Shown here piece after piece: positions 10,436 to 23,100 of a DNA stretch of 64,000 nucleotides. Location of the stretch: positions 24,332 to 88,331 of the forward strand of contig CAVYZA010000021.1 in the NCBI GenBank assembly GCA_963772865.1, written 5' to 3'. The stretch is from an uncultured beta proteobacterium. Its GTDB lineage: Bacteria > Pseudomonadota > Gammaproteobacteria > Burkholderiales > SHXO01. The position numbers and the translations under genes are program-made. The notes below the pieces were generated by a model, which saw only the letters and a list, made by a program, of their open reading frames with translations, made no database searches and had not been told where the DNA came from. Position 1 is the first letter of the stretch. Each line of letters begins with the position of its first letter.

Positions 10436-12297
10436 TCAGCCTCCCACGATCGGCGCGGCCTGCGGCGGCGCTCCCGCTTCTTCGCGGCGCTTGGCCTCCT
10501 CGCGCTGCTGCAGTGCCCACATCTGAGCGTACGCGCCGCCGCGAAGCAGCAGCTGCGCATGCGTGCCGCGTTCGACGATGCGGCCATGGTCCATCACCAG
10601 GATCTGGTCGGCGTCCACGATCGTCGACAGCCGGTGCGCGATCACCAGCGTGGTGCGGTCGCGGGCGATGCGGTCCAGCTCGGCCTGGATCGCCTGCTCG
10701 GAGCGCGAGTCCAGCGCCGAGGTGGCTTCATCGAACACGAACACACGCGGGTTCTTCAGAAACGCGCGTGCGATCGCCACCCGCTGCTTCTCGCCGCCCG
10801 ACAGCTTGAGCCCGCGCTCCCCCACCGCAGCGTCGTACTTGTCGGGCAAGCGACTCGATGAAATCGTGGATGTGGGCGGCGCGAGCGGCGTCGATCACCT
10901 CTTCGTGCGAGGCGTCCGGCCGCCCGTAGGCGATGTTGTAGAAGATGGTGTCGTTGAACAGCACGGTGTCCTGCGGCACGATGCCGAGCGCGGCGCGCAG
11001 GCTGCTGCTGAGTGATGTCGCGGATGTCGTGCCCATTGACGGTGATGCGCCCGCCGCTCACGTCGTAGAAGCGGAACAGCAGCCGCGACAACGTGGACTT
11101 GCCCGACCCGCTGTGCCCGACCACGGCCACCGTGTGACCCGCCGGAATCTCGAAGCTCACGTCGAACAGGATCTGGCGCCTGGCGTCGTAGCCGAAATCG
11201 ACGTGCTCGAAGCGCACGCTGGCCTCGCCCGGCGGCAGATCGGGCGCGCCGGGGCGATCCTGGACCTCGCGGTTCTCCTCCAGCAGGCGGAACATCTTGT
11301 CCATGTCGATCAGCGCCTGCTTGATCTCGCGGTAGACCATGCCGAGGAAGTTGAGCGGGATGTAGAGCTGGATCAGCAGGCCATTGACCAGCACCAGGTC
11401 GCCCAGGCTGAGGCTGCGCTGGGCGACGCCCTCTGAAGCCAGCACCATCAGCAGGGTCACCGCGATCGCGATGATCAGGCTCTGGCCGATGTTGAGCAGG
11501 CCCAGCGAGGCTTCGTTGTGCACCTCCGCGTTCTCGAACTTGCGCAGGTTTTCGTCGTAGCGGCGCGCCTCGAAGTCCTCGTTGTTGAAGTACTTGACCG
11601 TCTCGTAGTTGAGCAGGCTGTCGATGGCGCGGCTGTTGGCCTTGGAGTCGAGCTCGTTGGCGCGCCGGCGAATCGCCGTGCGCCACTCGGTCACGCCGAC
11701 GGTGAAGGCCAGGTACACCACCACGGCGACGGCGGTGATGGCAGCGAAACGCCAGTCGAACTTCGACAGCAGCACCGCGGCCACCAGGCCGAACTCCAGC
11801 AACACCGGGATGATCGAGAACAGCATGTAGGTCAGCAGCGTGGAGATGCCGCGCGTGCCGCGCTCGATGTCGCGCGAGACGCCGCCGGTCTGGCGCTCGA
11901 GATGGAAGCGCAGGCTCAGCGCATGCAGATGCCGGAACACCTGCAGCGCCACCCGCCGGATCGCGCGCTTGGAGACGCGCACGAACACGATGTCGCGCAG
12001 CTCGGCGAACAGCGTGTTGGCTGCGCGCAGCAGGCCGTACATCACCAGCAGGGCAAGCGGCACGACCAGCACGGCCTGCCTGGCGTCGAGCGCGTCGACG
12101 ATCTGCTTCATGACCAGCGGCACCGCCACGTTGGCGAGCTTGGCCGCCACCAGGAAGGTCATCGCAACCAGCACGCGCCACTTGAACTCCCACAGGTACG
12201 GGAGCAGCGTCCGGAGGACGGCCCAGTCGTTGCGGCGCGCGGGCGCCGACCCGCCTGCTGAGTCTGCCGGTTGCGCAAGGGCCGAGTGGTGCTGCAT
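10436..12297 (-). CDS. Atm1/ABCB7-type ABC transporter, fused permease-ATPase; two frameshifts (~11010, ~10850)
   Basis: [27 protein letters not shown], Walker [41 protein letters not shown]. Confidence 0.92.
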
Positions 12298-12530
12298 CAG
12301 ATCTCGATGGTGGCGCGCATTTGCATGACGGCGCCACGGTATGGGTGCATGAGGCGGATGAGATAGTGTATGAGCGGTTCGCTATTCTAGCCGCGACTGA
12401 AGGCAGCGCATCGTCGTCGAGCCCACGGTCGCCGGGATCCTCCCCGACATCCGCGCGCCTGCGCGCCACCGCCCTACCCTGCCTATAATCGCCGCTTGGC
12501 GGCATCGCCGCACACCCGAAGGACCTCCGG

Positions 12531-13031
12531 ATGACTGGCAGAACAAGACAACGCGGTCTGGCACTGATGTGGGTCCTGGTAGGCATCTTCGCGGCCGGTG
12601 CGCTGCTGTTCGCGCTCCACATCTGGATCATGCTGAGCTGGAACTACTCCACCGGCGAGCAGGCCGGCTGGGTGCAGAAACTGTCGAAGAAGGGCTTCCT
12701 GTGCAAGACCTGGGAGGGCGAGATGGCGATGGTCTCCCTGCCTGGCGCGATGCCCGAGAAATTCCATTTCACGGTCTGGGACGACGACACCGCGGCGGAG
12801 ATCAACCGGCTCATCGGCCGCCGCGTGGCGCTCACCTACGAGGAGCACATCTGGCTGCCCACCACCTGCTTCGGCGAGACGCGCCACTTCGTCAAGCACG
12901 TCAAGCTCATCGAGGACACGCCCGCACCCATGTTGCTGCCGAGCAATCCCGGCTCCAGCAACACGCCGCCCGCGCAGCCGTCGGCGAATCCAACGCCGGG
13001 AGAGACAGCACCGTCTCCGGCCCGGCCTTGA
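12531..13031 (+). CDS. Conserved hypothetical single-pass membrane protein with Pro-rich tail
   Basis: N-terminal TM helix, then YSTGEQAGWVQKLSKKGFLCKTWEGE. Resembles a widespread uncharacterised family. Confidence 0.7.
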   Translation: MTGRTRQRGLALMWVLVGIFAAGALLFALHIWIMLSWNYSTGEQAGWVQKLSKKGFLCKTWEGEMAMVSLPGAMPEKFHFTVWDDDTAAEINRLIGRRVALTYEEHIWLPTTCFGETRHFVKHVKLIEDTPAPMLLPSNPGSSNTPPAQPSANPTPGETAPSPARP

Positions 13032-13074
13032 GTGCCGGAAAGTTGAGCGTACCCGCCTGCACGGTGAACCAGCC

Positions 13075-14166
13075 ATGACCATCATCGCGAACGTCCACAC
13101 CGACCACTACCTGATCAAGCTGCCGGTGACGCTATCCGACAGCACGCACGGGCAGATGACGCATTTCGAACTGGTCACGGTGCGCATCCGCGACCAGGAG
13201 GGGGCGGAAGGATCGGGCTACACCTTCACCGTCGGTACCAATGGTGCCGCCGTCCACACCACCATCCAGCGCGATATCGCGCCGCGTCTCGCGGGTGAGC
13301 GCGCCGACCTGATCGAAGCGCTGTGGAAGAAGATGTGGTGGGCGCTGCACTATGGCGGACGCGGCGGCGCCGCGGCCATGGCCATCTCCGCGGTCGACAT
13401 CGCGCTGTGGGATCTCAAGGCGCGTCGGTTTGGCGTTCCCCTGTGGACGCTGCTGGGCGGAGACGACCCGAAGGTCCCCTGCTACGCCGGCGGCATCGAC
13501 CTGTATTTCCCGCTCGACACGCTGCTGGCGCAGACCGACGCCAACCTGAAGAAAGGGTTTCGCGCGATCAAGATGAAGGTGGGCCGCCCGAAGCTCTCGG
13601 AGGACGTCGCGCGCGTGCAGGCCATGCGCGAGCACCTGGGCGCGGATTTTCCGCTCATGGTGGACGCCAACATGCGCTGGAGCCCGGATGAGGCGATCCG
13701 TGCCGCCCGCGCGTTCCAGCCGTCCCAACTGACGTGGCTGGAAGAGCCGACCATCCCCGACGACGTGCAGGGTCACGCGCGCATCGTGCGCGAGGGCGGG
13801 CTGCCGGTGGCGACAGGGGAGAACTTGCACACGCTGTACGAGTTCGCGCAGATGATCCACGCTGGCGGCGTAACCTTTCCGGAGCCGGACGTCACCAACT
13901 GCGGGGGCGTGACGGTATTCATGAAGGTCGCGCGCCTGGCCGAGGCTTTCAATCTGCCGGTAACCTCGCACGGCGCCCACGACATCACCGTGCATCTACT
14001 GGCCGCTGCGCCCAACCGCTCGTATCTCGAGGCGCACGGCTTCGGCCTCGACCGCTATATCGCGCAGCCCCTGCAGATCCAGGACGGTTTCGCCATCGCG
14101 CCGGATCGCCCCGGGCATGGCATCGAGTTCGATTGGAAGGGATTGGAGGCGTGTCGCACGTCCTGA
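13075..14166 (+). CDS. Mandelate racemase / muconate lactonizing enzyme family protein
   Basis: AISAVDIALWDL, KMK, metal ligands in VDAN / LEEP / GEN, C-terminal His (TSHG). Confidence 0.9.
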   Translation: MTIIANVHTDHYLIKLPVTLSDSTHGQMTHFELVTVRIRDQEGAEGSGYTFTVGTNGAAVHTTIQRDIAPRLAGERADLIEALWKKMWWALHYGGRGGAAAMAISAVDIALWDLKARRFGVPLWTLLGGDDPKVPCYAGGIDLYFPLDTLLAQTDANLKKGFRAIKMKVGRPKLSEDVARVQAMREHLGADFPLMVDANMRWSPDEAIRAARAFQPSQLTWLEEPTIPDDVQGHARIVREGGLPVATGENLHTLYEFAQMIHAGGVTFPEPDVTNCGGVTVFMKVARLAEAFNLPVTSHGAHDITVHLLAAAPNRSYLEAHGFGLDRYIAQPLQIQDGFAIAPDRPGHGIEFDWKGLEACRTS

Positions 14167-14227
14167 ACGACACCGGTCCGCCGCAGGAGCTGCCGCGGAC
14201 CGGATGCCGATCGGCGTTTCCGTACCG

Positions 14228-14791
14228 CTAGTTCAGGTCCTTCGCCTTCCAGTACTTGGTGCCGGCGGCTGCGATCCCGGCCTGCAGACCGTTCGGCGTC
14301 AGGGTGAAGTACTTGGCGTCCGCAATCAGATTCTCGCCCTTCCCTGGCCCAACCGATTCTCCCTTTGCTCCGGCTTGCGCAACGGCGCCTCCGCCGGCGA
14401 CCCAGCCGCTGTCCACAAACTTCTGCAGGGCTTCCTCGGTCTTGAAGATGATCAGCGTATCGGTCTGCGCCGCGCCGACCTGCAGGCCAGCGCTCGCCTG
14501 GGCGGCGTCCATAAAGGTGTCGGTCCTGGTCCGGTTGTTGTGTACGATGCCCTTGCCGCCTGCGCCACCGACGATGACGCTCATGCCGTACGTGGTGAAG
14601 ATCGCGTACCCTGGCGAGTTCGCCACTGCGCTTTGCAACGTCGGGTCGGCTTTGAAGAACCTGTCGAGCGACTGCTGGGTCGCGTGCCGGATTTCGGTCT
14701 GCTTGCTGGCTTTCTCACTGGGCGTCATGCTGGAGCACGCCGCGAGCGACAGCGCCAATGCTGCGGTGGTGACAACGTTGATCAGCTTCAT
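14228..14791 (-). CDS. YSC84-related (SYLF) lipoprotein
   Basis: Lipobox LAAC; GGAGGKG and SAGLQVGA motifs typical of the family. Confidence 0.75.
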   Translation of the reverse strand: MKLINVVTTAALALSLAACSSMTPSEKASKQTEIRHATQQSLDRFFKADPTLQSAVANSPGYAIFTTYGMSVIVGGAGGKGIVHNNRTRTDTFMDAAQASAGLQVGAAQTDTLIIFKTEEALQKFVDSGWVAGGGAVAQAGAKGESVGPGKGENLIADAKYFTLTPNGLQAGIAAAGTKYWKAKDLN

Positions 14792-14943
14792 GACTGGTTC
14801 CTTTTCTTGGGGAGGGGGATGTGATCTTACTCCGGCGGCTCCCAGGCCGTTTGACCTTGGTAAAAGGTCGATCCCGCCGCGGCCTCGCGGCCGCTCGTTC
14901 GGCTGGCGTCACACGTCCCTTCTGACGACCTCCGAAACGCGGC

Positions 14944-17440
14944 TCAACCGAGCTCGATCGGCTGCGGCTCCGCGTGCCAGATATCCCGGCAGTACTCCCG
15001 GATCGCGCGGTCCGACGAGAACTTGCCCATGCGCGCGACATTGAGGATGGACATGCGCGTCCAGTGCTCGGGATCCGCGTAAGCGCGAGCGACCTCGGCC
15101 TGGCAATCCACGTAGGCCTGGAAGTCGGCGAGCACCATGTACTCGTCGTGATCGAGCAGGCGCTCGACCAGGGGTCGAAACAGCCCGTGGTCGCCGCGCG
15201 AGAAATGGCCACCGGCGATCAGGTCGATCGCTGCGCGCAGGTGCGGATTACTTTCATAGCAGTCGCGCGGACGGTAACCACGCGCCTTCTGGGCGGCGAC
15301 CTCCTCGGCCGTCAAGCCGAACAGGAAGAAGGTTTCCGCGCCGACCTCTTCGCGGATCTCGATGTTGGCGCCGTCCAGGGTCCCGATGGTGAGCGCGCCG
15401 TTCATCGCCAGCTTCATGTTGCCGGTGCCCGAAGCCTCCTTGCCGGCCGTGGAGATCTGCTCGGACAGCTCCGCCCCAGGCAGGATGAGCTGGCTGTGCT
15501 TGACGTTGTAGTCCGGGAAGAACACCACTCTCAGCCGATCGCGCGTGTCGGGATCGCCGTTGACCACCTCCGCGACGGCGTTGATCAGCTTGATGATGAG
15601 CTTGGCCATGACGTAGCCGGGCGCGGCCTTGCCCGCGAACAGCACGGTGCGCGGCACCACCTCAGCCGGTGCGTGCAGCTTGAGCTGCTGGTACGCGGCC
15701 ACAACGTGCAGAACGTTGAGGTGCTGGCGCTTGTATTCGTGGATGCGCTTGATCTGCACGTCGAACAGGCTGGCCGGATCCACCGCCTGCCCGGTCCGCG
15801 TCTGAATCAAGCGCGCGAGTGCGCGCTTGTTGTCGACCTTCACCTGCCGCCAGCGCGCGCGGAAAGTCGCGTCCTGCGCGAACGCCTCGAGCGCCCTCAG
15901 GCGCTCGAGGTCCTTCACCCAGCCGTCGCCGATCGCCTCGCCGATCAGCGTCGCGAGGCGCGGATTGGCCAGCGCGAGGAAACGGCGCGGCGTCACCCCG
16001 TTGGTCTTGTTGCTGAACTTCTCCGGCATCAGCTGAAAGAAGTCGTGCAACGTCTCGCGCGCCAGAAGCTCGGTGTGCAGCGCAGCCACGCCGTTGATCG
16101 CGTGGCTGCCGACGCACGCCAGGTGCGCCATCCGCACACAGCGAGGCGCGGACTCGTCGATCAACGACACGCGGGCGGCGCGCGCCTCGTCGCCGGGATA
16201 GCGGGTGCGAACTTCCGCCAGGAAGCGGCGATTGATCTCGTACACGATCTCCAGATGACGCGGCAACACCCGCCCGAACAGCTCCACCGTCCACTTCTCC
16301 AGGGCTTCCGGCAGGAGCGTGTGATTGGTGTAGGCGAGGCTGCGGCGCGTCAGATCCCAGGCCGGATCCCAGTCCAGGCCATGTTCGTCGACGAGCAGGC
16401 GCATCAGCTCGGCGACCGCCAGCGCCGGATGTGTGTCGTTCATCTGGATCGCATACTTGTCCGCGAGGCTCTCGATGCGCGCGTCGGCCTGGAACAGGAT
16501 GCGGATCATGTCGCGCAGCGAGCAGGACACGAAGAAGTACTGCTGCCCGAGCCGCAGCATCTTGCCCAGGCCCGGCTCGTCGTTGGGATAGAGAACCTTG
16601 GAGATGGTCTCCGAGAAGATCTTCTCGTTCACCGCGCCGTAGTAGTCGCCGGTGTTGAAAGCGGCGAAGTCGAAGGACTCCACCGCCTCCGCCTTCCACA
16701 GGCGCAGCAGGTTGGCGGTGTTCACCCGGTAGCCGAGGATCGGCGTGTCGTAGGCGATGCCTTTTACCACCCGCTCCGGCACCCAGCGCACGCGGTAGCG
16801 ACCGTCGCTCGTCCGTGTAAGGCTCGGTGTGACCGCCCAGCTTCACCTCGAAGGCGATCTCCGGCCGCGCGATCTCCCACGGATTGCCCAGCCGCAGCCA
16901 CTTGTCGGTGCGTTCGACCTGCCAGCCGTCGCGAATCTCCTGGTCGAAGATGCCGAATTCGTAGCGGATGCCGTAGCCGATCGCCGGAATCTGCAACGTC
17001 GCGAGCGAGTCCATGAAGCAGGCGGCGAGCCGTCCCAGGCCGCCGTTGCCCAGGCCCGGCTCCTCTTCCTGGTCGAGCAGCACGTCGAGGTCGAGGCCGA
17101 GTTGTGCGACCGCCTGCCGCACCTGCGCCTCGACGCCGAGGTTGAGGAGGGTGTTGCCCAGATGCGGGCCGAGCAGGAACTCGGCCGACAGGTAGCACAC
17201 CGTGCGGCTGCGCTTGCGTGAGTAAGTCGCGCCGCTGGCACCCCAGCGTTGCAGTACGCGGTCGCGCACGCTCAGTGCGACCGCGGTGTACCAGTCGTTA
17301 AGCGTGGCCACGGCCGGGAAGCGGCCCTGGACATAGAACAGGTTGTCCAGGATGCTGCGCCGGAACGCTTCCGCGCTCAGGCCAGTGCGCACCTCCTCAG
17401 AGGCCGCCGTGGAAGGGGTCGCCTGCGCTTGCGTGCTCAT
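14944..17440 (-). CDS. glgP: Glycogen/starch phosphorylase; frameshift at ~16810
   Basis: [45 protein letters not shown] (PLP-binding Lys). Confidence 0.95.
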
Positions 17441-17637
17441 TGGCTCTCCTGGTGAAAGACTTCCGCGCGACAGCGCTGAGTCTGCAACAGGCGCAAACGC
17501 GCCGAGACTACACCGAAACACGCGCAGTGATTGGCGCAACCCCTGCGGGACGGCCCGACCCGGTGCGGCGGGTGAGATAATTCGTACCCAGGCAAGCGCC
17601 CGCCCTGTCCACCTCGAACGATCGTCCGCCCGATTCG

Positions 17638-18554
17638 ATGACCCCTTCCGCCCTCCCGGCGCAGATCCATGTGATCGTACGCGACTGGCTCAATGCCAAT
17701 CAGGTCGTGTTGCGCGCGCGCGGACAGCAACGTGCTGATCGACACCGGCTACGTCACGCGCGCCGCGACTACGCTCGCGTTGCTGCGCGACTGTCTGCAG
17801 GGCGATCGGATCGATCAGCTGGTCAATACCCATTGCCACAGCGATCACATGGGCGGCAACGCCGCAGTGCAGCGGGCCTATGGATGCACCACACTGATCC
17901 CCGCCGCGGAGGCGCCGCTGGTGCGCGCATGGGATGAGCGGGCCCTGTGGATCGACTATACCGGGCAGCAGGCCGAGCGTTTCGCGGTGGACGGCGTACT
18001 GGAGCCAGGACAGACCTACCGCTGGGGAGAGCTGGATTGGCGAATGATCGCGGCACCGGGTCATGCCGCCGGCGCACTGGTGTTCTGGAACCCGGAGGAG
18101 CGCATCCTGATCTCGGGCGACGCCCTGTGGGAGCGCGGCTTCGGCCTGGTCATGCCGGAACCGGCCAGCGCGCTGGACGAGGCGCAGCAGACCCTCGAAG
18201 CGATCGCGGCACTCGATCCACGCGTTGTGATCCCGGGACACGGCGCGCCTTTCACCGAGGTCGGCGCAGCGTTGGAGCGTTGCTTCGGGCGCATCCAAGC
18301 CTCGCGGGGCGACCCCGTGCGTTTGGCCCGGCAGGCGCTCAAGACAATGCTTGCGTTCATTCTTCTGGACCAGGGGAGCCTGCCGCTCGCCGGGCTGCCT
18401 GCGTACCTGCAGCAGGTTCCCTTCTACAGAGAATTCAACGAGCGCTACGTGCGGCTCCCGCCGACCGAACTGGCCGAGCATCTGGTGGGCGGAGCTGGAG
18501 CGCAGCGGCGCCGCCCACCGGGAGGCGGGACGGCTGATCGCCGGATCGAATTAG
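17638..18554 (+). CDS. MBL-fold metallo-hydrolase; frameshifts at ~17715 and ~18490
   Basis: LIDTG, HCHSDHMG (HxHxDH), PGHA, ISGDAL, IPGHG. Confidence 0.85.
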
Positions 18555-18693
18555 GGAGGCCCTGATCGGTTCCTACGATGCCGTTCCCGCGAAAACCGTA
18601 TCGGCATGGGCCAAGAAAGGTTTCGAGGAACGGCCAAGCGGGAACCCGCGGCCCTCGTACTCCGGGCTCCCTGCTTGCACGGGGATGACTGCC

Positions 18694-20058
18694 CTAACGC
18701 TCGCGCCCGGCCTCCCGAAAGGCCTTGGTCACCGGCGAGAGCAGATACTCGATCACGGTGCGATCGCCGAGCGAGATCTCGGCGTCGACCTGCATGCCGG
18801 GCATCAGCTTGTGGCGCGCGCCGTCGGCTTCGAGCGCCTGGGCCTTGAGCTCGACGATGCTGCGAAACTGAGAGGCAGGCGGGGGTGGTGTGTTCTGTCC
18901 CTCGGGACCGGCGTTGCGCTGAGACTCGTTGGCATCCGCGCTCACGGTTTTGACCACGCCTTCGATCATGCCGTACTTCTGGAACGGATACGGGGCCACC
19001 TTGACGCGCACTTTCTGCCCCTCGTGGACAAATCCGCGGTCGTGGTTGTCTACCCATACCTCGGCACGCAGCGGCTCGTTGGCGGGGACGATCGTCATCA
19101 GCACCGTCCCGGGCTGCAACACAGCGCCTTCGGTGTGCGTAGCGAGGTCCTTGATGGTGCCTTCCTGCGACGCCTTCAGCTCCAGCAGCTCATTGCGGTG
19201 GGCCTGCTTCTCCCACTCCTGGGTGTGGGTCTGGTGGCGCGCGAGGGTTTCCACGCGCTCGCTGTACAAATCCTGGCGGTAGGTAGACTCGATCTGGGCA
19301 ATGCGCTCGCGCGACTGCTGGATGCTGGCGCGGGCGGCCTCGATGGTGTGGGCCTGCCCCTTGAGCTCCTGCGAGGCTTCGATGCGCTGGCGCTTGCGTT
19401 CCTCGTACTGCAGCCGGCCGGCGAAGCCCTCGTCGACCAGCTGCTTCCAGGCGCGCTCCTGGTCTTCGTAGATCGGCAGGGTCTCGCGCAGCTTGGCTTC
19501 GTCGCGGCGCGCCCGCATCAGCCCCTGCTCGGCGCGGCTGAGCGCCGCGCGCTCGCTGCCCAGGGCATCGAGATGCGCCTGGCGGTGGGCGTGGTACTGC
19601 GCCAGCACTTGCGCGAACGCCACCGGATCGTCTTCGGGTTGCGCTTCAGGGGCCGTCCCGGCGAGCTCGGCATCGATGCGGCGCAGCTGCAGACCGGTGA
19701 CCATGAGCTGGCTGCCGATCTGGCGGGTGTCCGCTTGCGACAGGCTGGCGTCCATCCGCACCAGCACCTGGCCGGCCTGAACGAGATCGCCCTCGCGAAC
19801 CAGAATTTCCTTGATGATGCCGGCGTCGGCCGGCTGGACCACCTTGACGTAGCTGGTCGGAACCAGCTTCCCTGGCGCCACGGCGATGACGTCGAGACGT
19901 CCAATGATTGCCCAGACCAGCATCCCAGCGATCAGCGCCAGGAGCAGGTACAGGAACAGGCGCGGGAGCGGCGACGGCGGGTCGCGCTGCAGGCGCAGAA
20001 TCGCCGGGGAGAAATCGAGCGCTTCCGGCCCGGCTGCGGTGGGTGCAGCCTCGCTCAT
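18694..20058 (-). CDS. hlyD: HlyD-family type I secretion periplasmic adaptor
   Basis: DFSP..., TM helix, long coiled coil, YPFQKYG, PGMQVDAEI, RTVIEYLLSP, AGRER end. Confidence 0.92.
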   Translation of the reverse strand: MSEAAPTAAGPEALDFSPAILRLQRDPPSPLPRLFLYLLLALIAGMLVWAIIGRLDVIAVAPGKLVPTSYVKVVQPADAGIIKEILVREGDLVQAGQVLVRMDASLSQADTRQIGSQLMVTGLQLRRIDAELAGTAPEAQPEDDPVAFAQVLAQYHAHRQAHLDALGSERAALSRAEQGLMRARRDEAKLRETLPIYEDQERAWKQLVDEGFAGRLQYEERKRQRIEASQELKGQAHTIEAARASIQQSRERIAQIESTYRQDLYSERVETLARHQTHTQEWEKQAHRNELLELKASQEGTIKDLATHTEGAVLQPGTVLMTIVPANEPLRAEVWVDNHDRGFVHEGQKVRVKVAPYPFQKYGMIEGVVKTVSADANESQRNAGPEGQNTPPPPASQFRSIVELKAQALEADGARHKLMPGMQVDAEISLGDRTVIEYLLSPVTKAFREAGRER

Positions 20059-20127
20059 GAAACGATCCTTGCAGGCATGCGGCGCACGCCTGCAAGGATC
20101 ATGCTAAGAGACTGTGAACTGCGCTTC

Positions 20128-23100
20128 TCAGGCCAGCTTGAGGTCGCCGGCGGTCATCTGGTCGCGCGGCTTCAGCCCTTGCTTGCCGACACCGAAGCTC
20201 GAGGAGCTGATGATCTCCTGCGCGGCGCTCACCCCGATCCCGACCAGCGAACCAGTCGCCCCGTAGGTGTGGGCCAGCTCGCCGCCGAGCGCGTCGTGGT
20301 CGCTGCCGCCTAGATCGAAGCTCGCCAGTCCATTGGTCAGCGCCCACTTGGACAGCCCCGGATTGCTCTTGCGGGCATTGTCGAACGCGCCCACCAGCTT
20401 CTTGAAGTCGAACGTCTCGATCTCCTGGTTGAGCAGAGTGCCGCCCCCGGTCACGCCGTCGGTGACGAATTGGAGCTTGGATACCGCCTGATAGCTGCGG
20501 CCGCGGTACCAGTTATCGAAGGTGATCGTGCCCCCGCCCCCGGTTTCCAGCAGCAGGCTGTCGCCGGAGCGACGGAAGGCCAGATCCTGAAGCTTGATGC
20601 CGGCACCCAGGGACAGGGTGGCGTCGCCGCCATTGCCTGCTTTCACGGTGTCACGCCCGTCGCCGCGGTTGTACGCGATGATGTCGGTGCCCCCACCCAG
20701 CTGGATGGTGTCGTCGCCGGTGCCGCCGATGAACATGGTCCTGCCGGTGCTGGCCTCGAGCACGTCGTTACCGGCGCCGCCGTCCATCAGACCGCCGGCC
20801 GTGGGCGAGATGTCGCTCAGCGAGTCGTTGCCGCTGCCGCCCTGGAGGATGTCCTCCATGTTGCCACCGGCCATGACGTCGTCGCCGCTGCCGCCGAACA
20901 GGTAGTCCTTCCCGGCCCCGCCGTCCATGCGGTCGTTGCCGGCACCCGCCGAGCAGCGTGTCGTTGCCCTCGTTGGTCCAGATCACGTCGTTGCCGGTGC
21001 CGCCGTCGACGGTCACATCGCCGTACGTGTAGCGGCTGCTGGTGAGGTCGACAACGTCGTCGCCGGCACCTGCGTTGATGATCTCGATCCCCACCAGGCG
21101 CGGCCCGGACTGCTGGGCACTGCTCCTGGTATCGTCGAGCAGAATCGCGTCCGCGCTGCTGGTGCCCACCAAGGTGTCGACGCCCGAACCGCCGTTGAAG
21201 ATGTCCTGGCTCTGGCCCATGCCCCTGATGCTCACGCGCTCGCCGCTGCCGTCATAGTCCGGGCTGCCGGCGTTGGTGCGCCGCGAGCTCCGGCGTCCGC
21301 TCCAGGTGGAGTCGGCGTAGAAGTTCAGCGTGTCGTTGCCGGCGCCGGCGTTGAGTACGTCCTTGCCGGCACGGCCATCGAGCGTGTCGTTGCCCGCCCC
21401 GCCGGTGAGAACGTCGTTGCCATTGCCCCCGCGCAGGTTCTTGCCCTGCACCGGAGGCGGCGGCGGGGTTTGGCCGTCCACATTGAGGGCGAAGATATCG
21501 TTCGCGCTCATCCCCTTGGTGTCGGTGGCCACCACCTGAAGCTGCATGCTCATGCGGGCGTTGGCCGGTACACCCGTGGGGGTCCCGCTCAACGTGCGGG
21601 TGGTTGCATTGAAGCTCAGCCAGGACGGCAGAGCCGATCCGTCGGCCATGCGTACGGCGTAGGTCAGCACGTCGCCAACATCCGCGTCGCGGAAGGCATC
21701 CCCCGGCAGCGTCATGCTGAAGGCCTGGCCGGCCTGCGCGCTCTGATCAGCGATCGCCTGTACCAGCACCGGCGCGTCGTTGACGTTGGCCACCGCACCG
21801 CTCATTGCGCTGGTGAGGCTCTGGGCCGTGCCACGCCCGTCGGTGTAGCTGACGGAGACGCGCATGCGGCTGCCCACATCGGCATCGCCCAGCGCGTAGG
21901 TCGAACCGATCGCGCCACTGACGTTGCTCCAGGTCGTACCGCCGTCGGTGGACCGCGCCCACTGGTAGCTGAATGCGCCCAATCCGTCGGCGTCGGCGAT
22001 GCTGCCGGTGTTCGCCGTCAAGGTCTTGTCTTCGGTGGCCTCGCCCGTGAGGCTGACCGCTCCAGTGGGCGCGTCGTTGACGTTGGCCACCGCCGCGCTC
22101 ATCGCGCTGGTCAGGCTCTGGGCCGTGCCATGGCCGTCGGTGTAGCTGACGCTCACCCGCATGCGGGCTGCCGACATCGGCATCGCCCAGCGCGTAGGTC
22201 GAACCGGTCGCGCCGCTGACGTTGCTCCAGTTCGTGCCGCCGTCGGTGGAACGCGCCCACTGGTAGCTGAACGCGCCCAATCCGTCGGCGTCGGCGATGC
22301 TGCCGGTACTCGCCGTCAAGGTCTGGTCTTCGGTGGCATTGCCGGTGAGGCCTACCGCTCCAGTCGGTGCGTCGTTCACGTTCGCCACCGAGCCGGTCGC
22401 TGCGCTGGTCACAGTCTCAACGGTGCCATGTCCGTCGGTGTAGCTCATGCTCACCCGCACCTGGCTGTCCACGTCGCTGTCGCCCAGCTTGTAGGTGTTG
22501 CTGGTCGCGCCGCCGATGCTTTGCCAGGCGGTGCCGCCATTGGTCGAGCGCTGCCACTGATAGCTCATGGCGCCCAGTCCATCGGCGTCCGCGAGGTTGC
22601 TGCTGGCCGTGAGGGTCTGGTCTTCGCGGACCGTACCCGTGACGCTCACCCCACCGGTCGGTGCGTCGTTGACATTGGCCACCACGGCGCTCGCCGCGCT
22701 GGTCAGGCTCTCTGGCGTACCGTGTCCGTCGCTGTAGCTGACATTCACGCGCACCTGGCTGCCCACGTCGCTGTCGCCCAGCGCGTAGCTGGCGCCGGTC
22801 GCGCCGCTGATGTCGGTCCAGCTCGCACCATCGTCGGTTGAGCGCGCCCACTGATAGCTCATCGCGCCCAGTCCGTCGGCGTCGCCTACGCTGCTGACGT
22901 CCGCCGTCAGAACGTGATCTTCGCTGGCCGTGCCCGACACGCTGACTCCACCTGTCGGCGCATCGTTGACGTTGACCACCACTGCGCTGGCCGCGCTGGT
23001 CAGGCTCTCTGGCGTTCCGTGTCCGTCGCTGTAGCTGACATTCACATGCACCTGGCTGCCGACGTCGCTGTCGCCCAGCGTGTACGTGGCGCCGGTCGCG

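Noticed and set aside
14974-17016. Long antisense or alternate-frame ORFs (e.g. 14974-17016, 30353-32596, 38605-40812, 3030-4481, 41846-43834)
   Set aside because: Shadow ORFs expected in high-GC DNA opposite well-supported genes; they have Arg/Ala/Gly-biased composition and no motifs.
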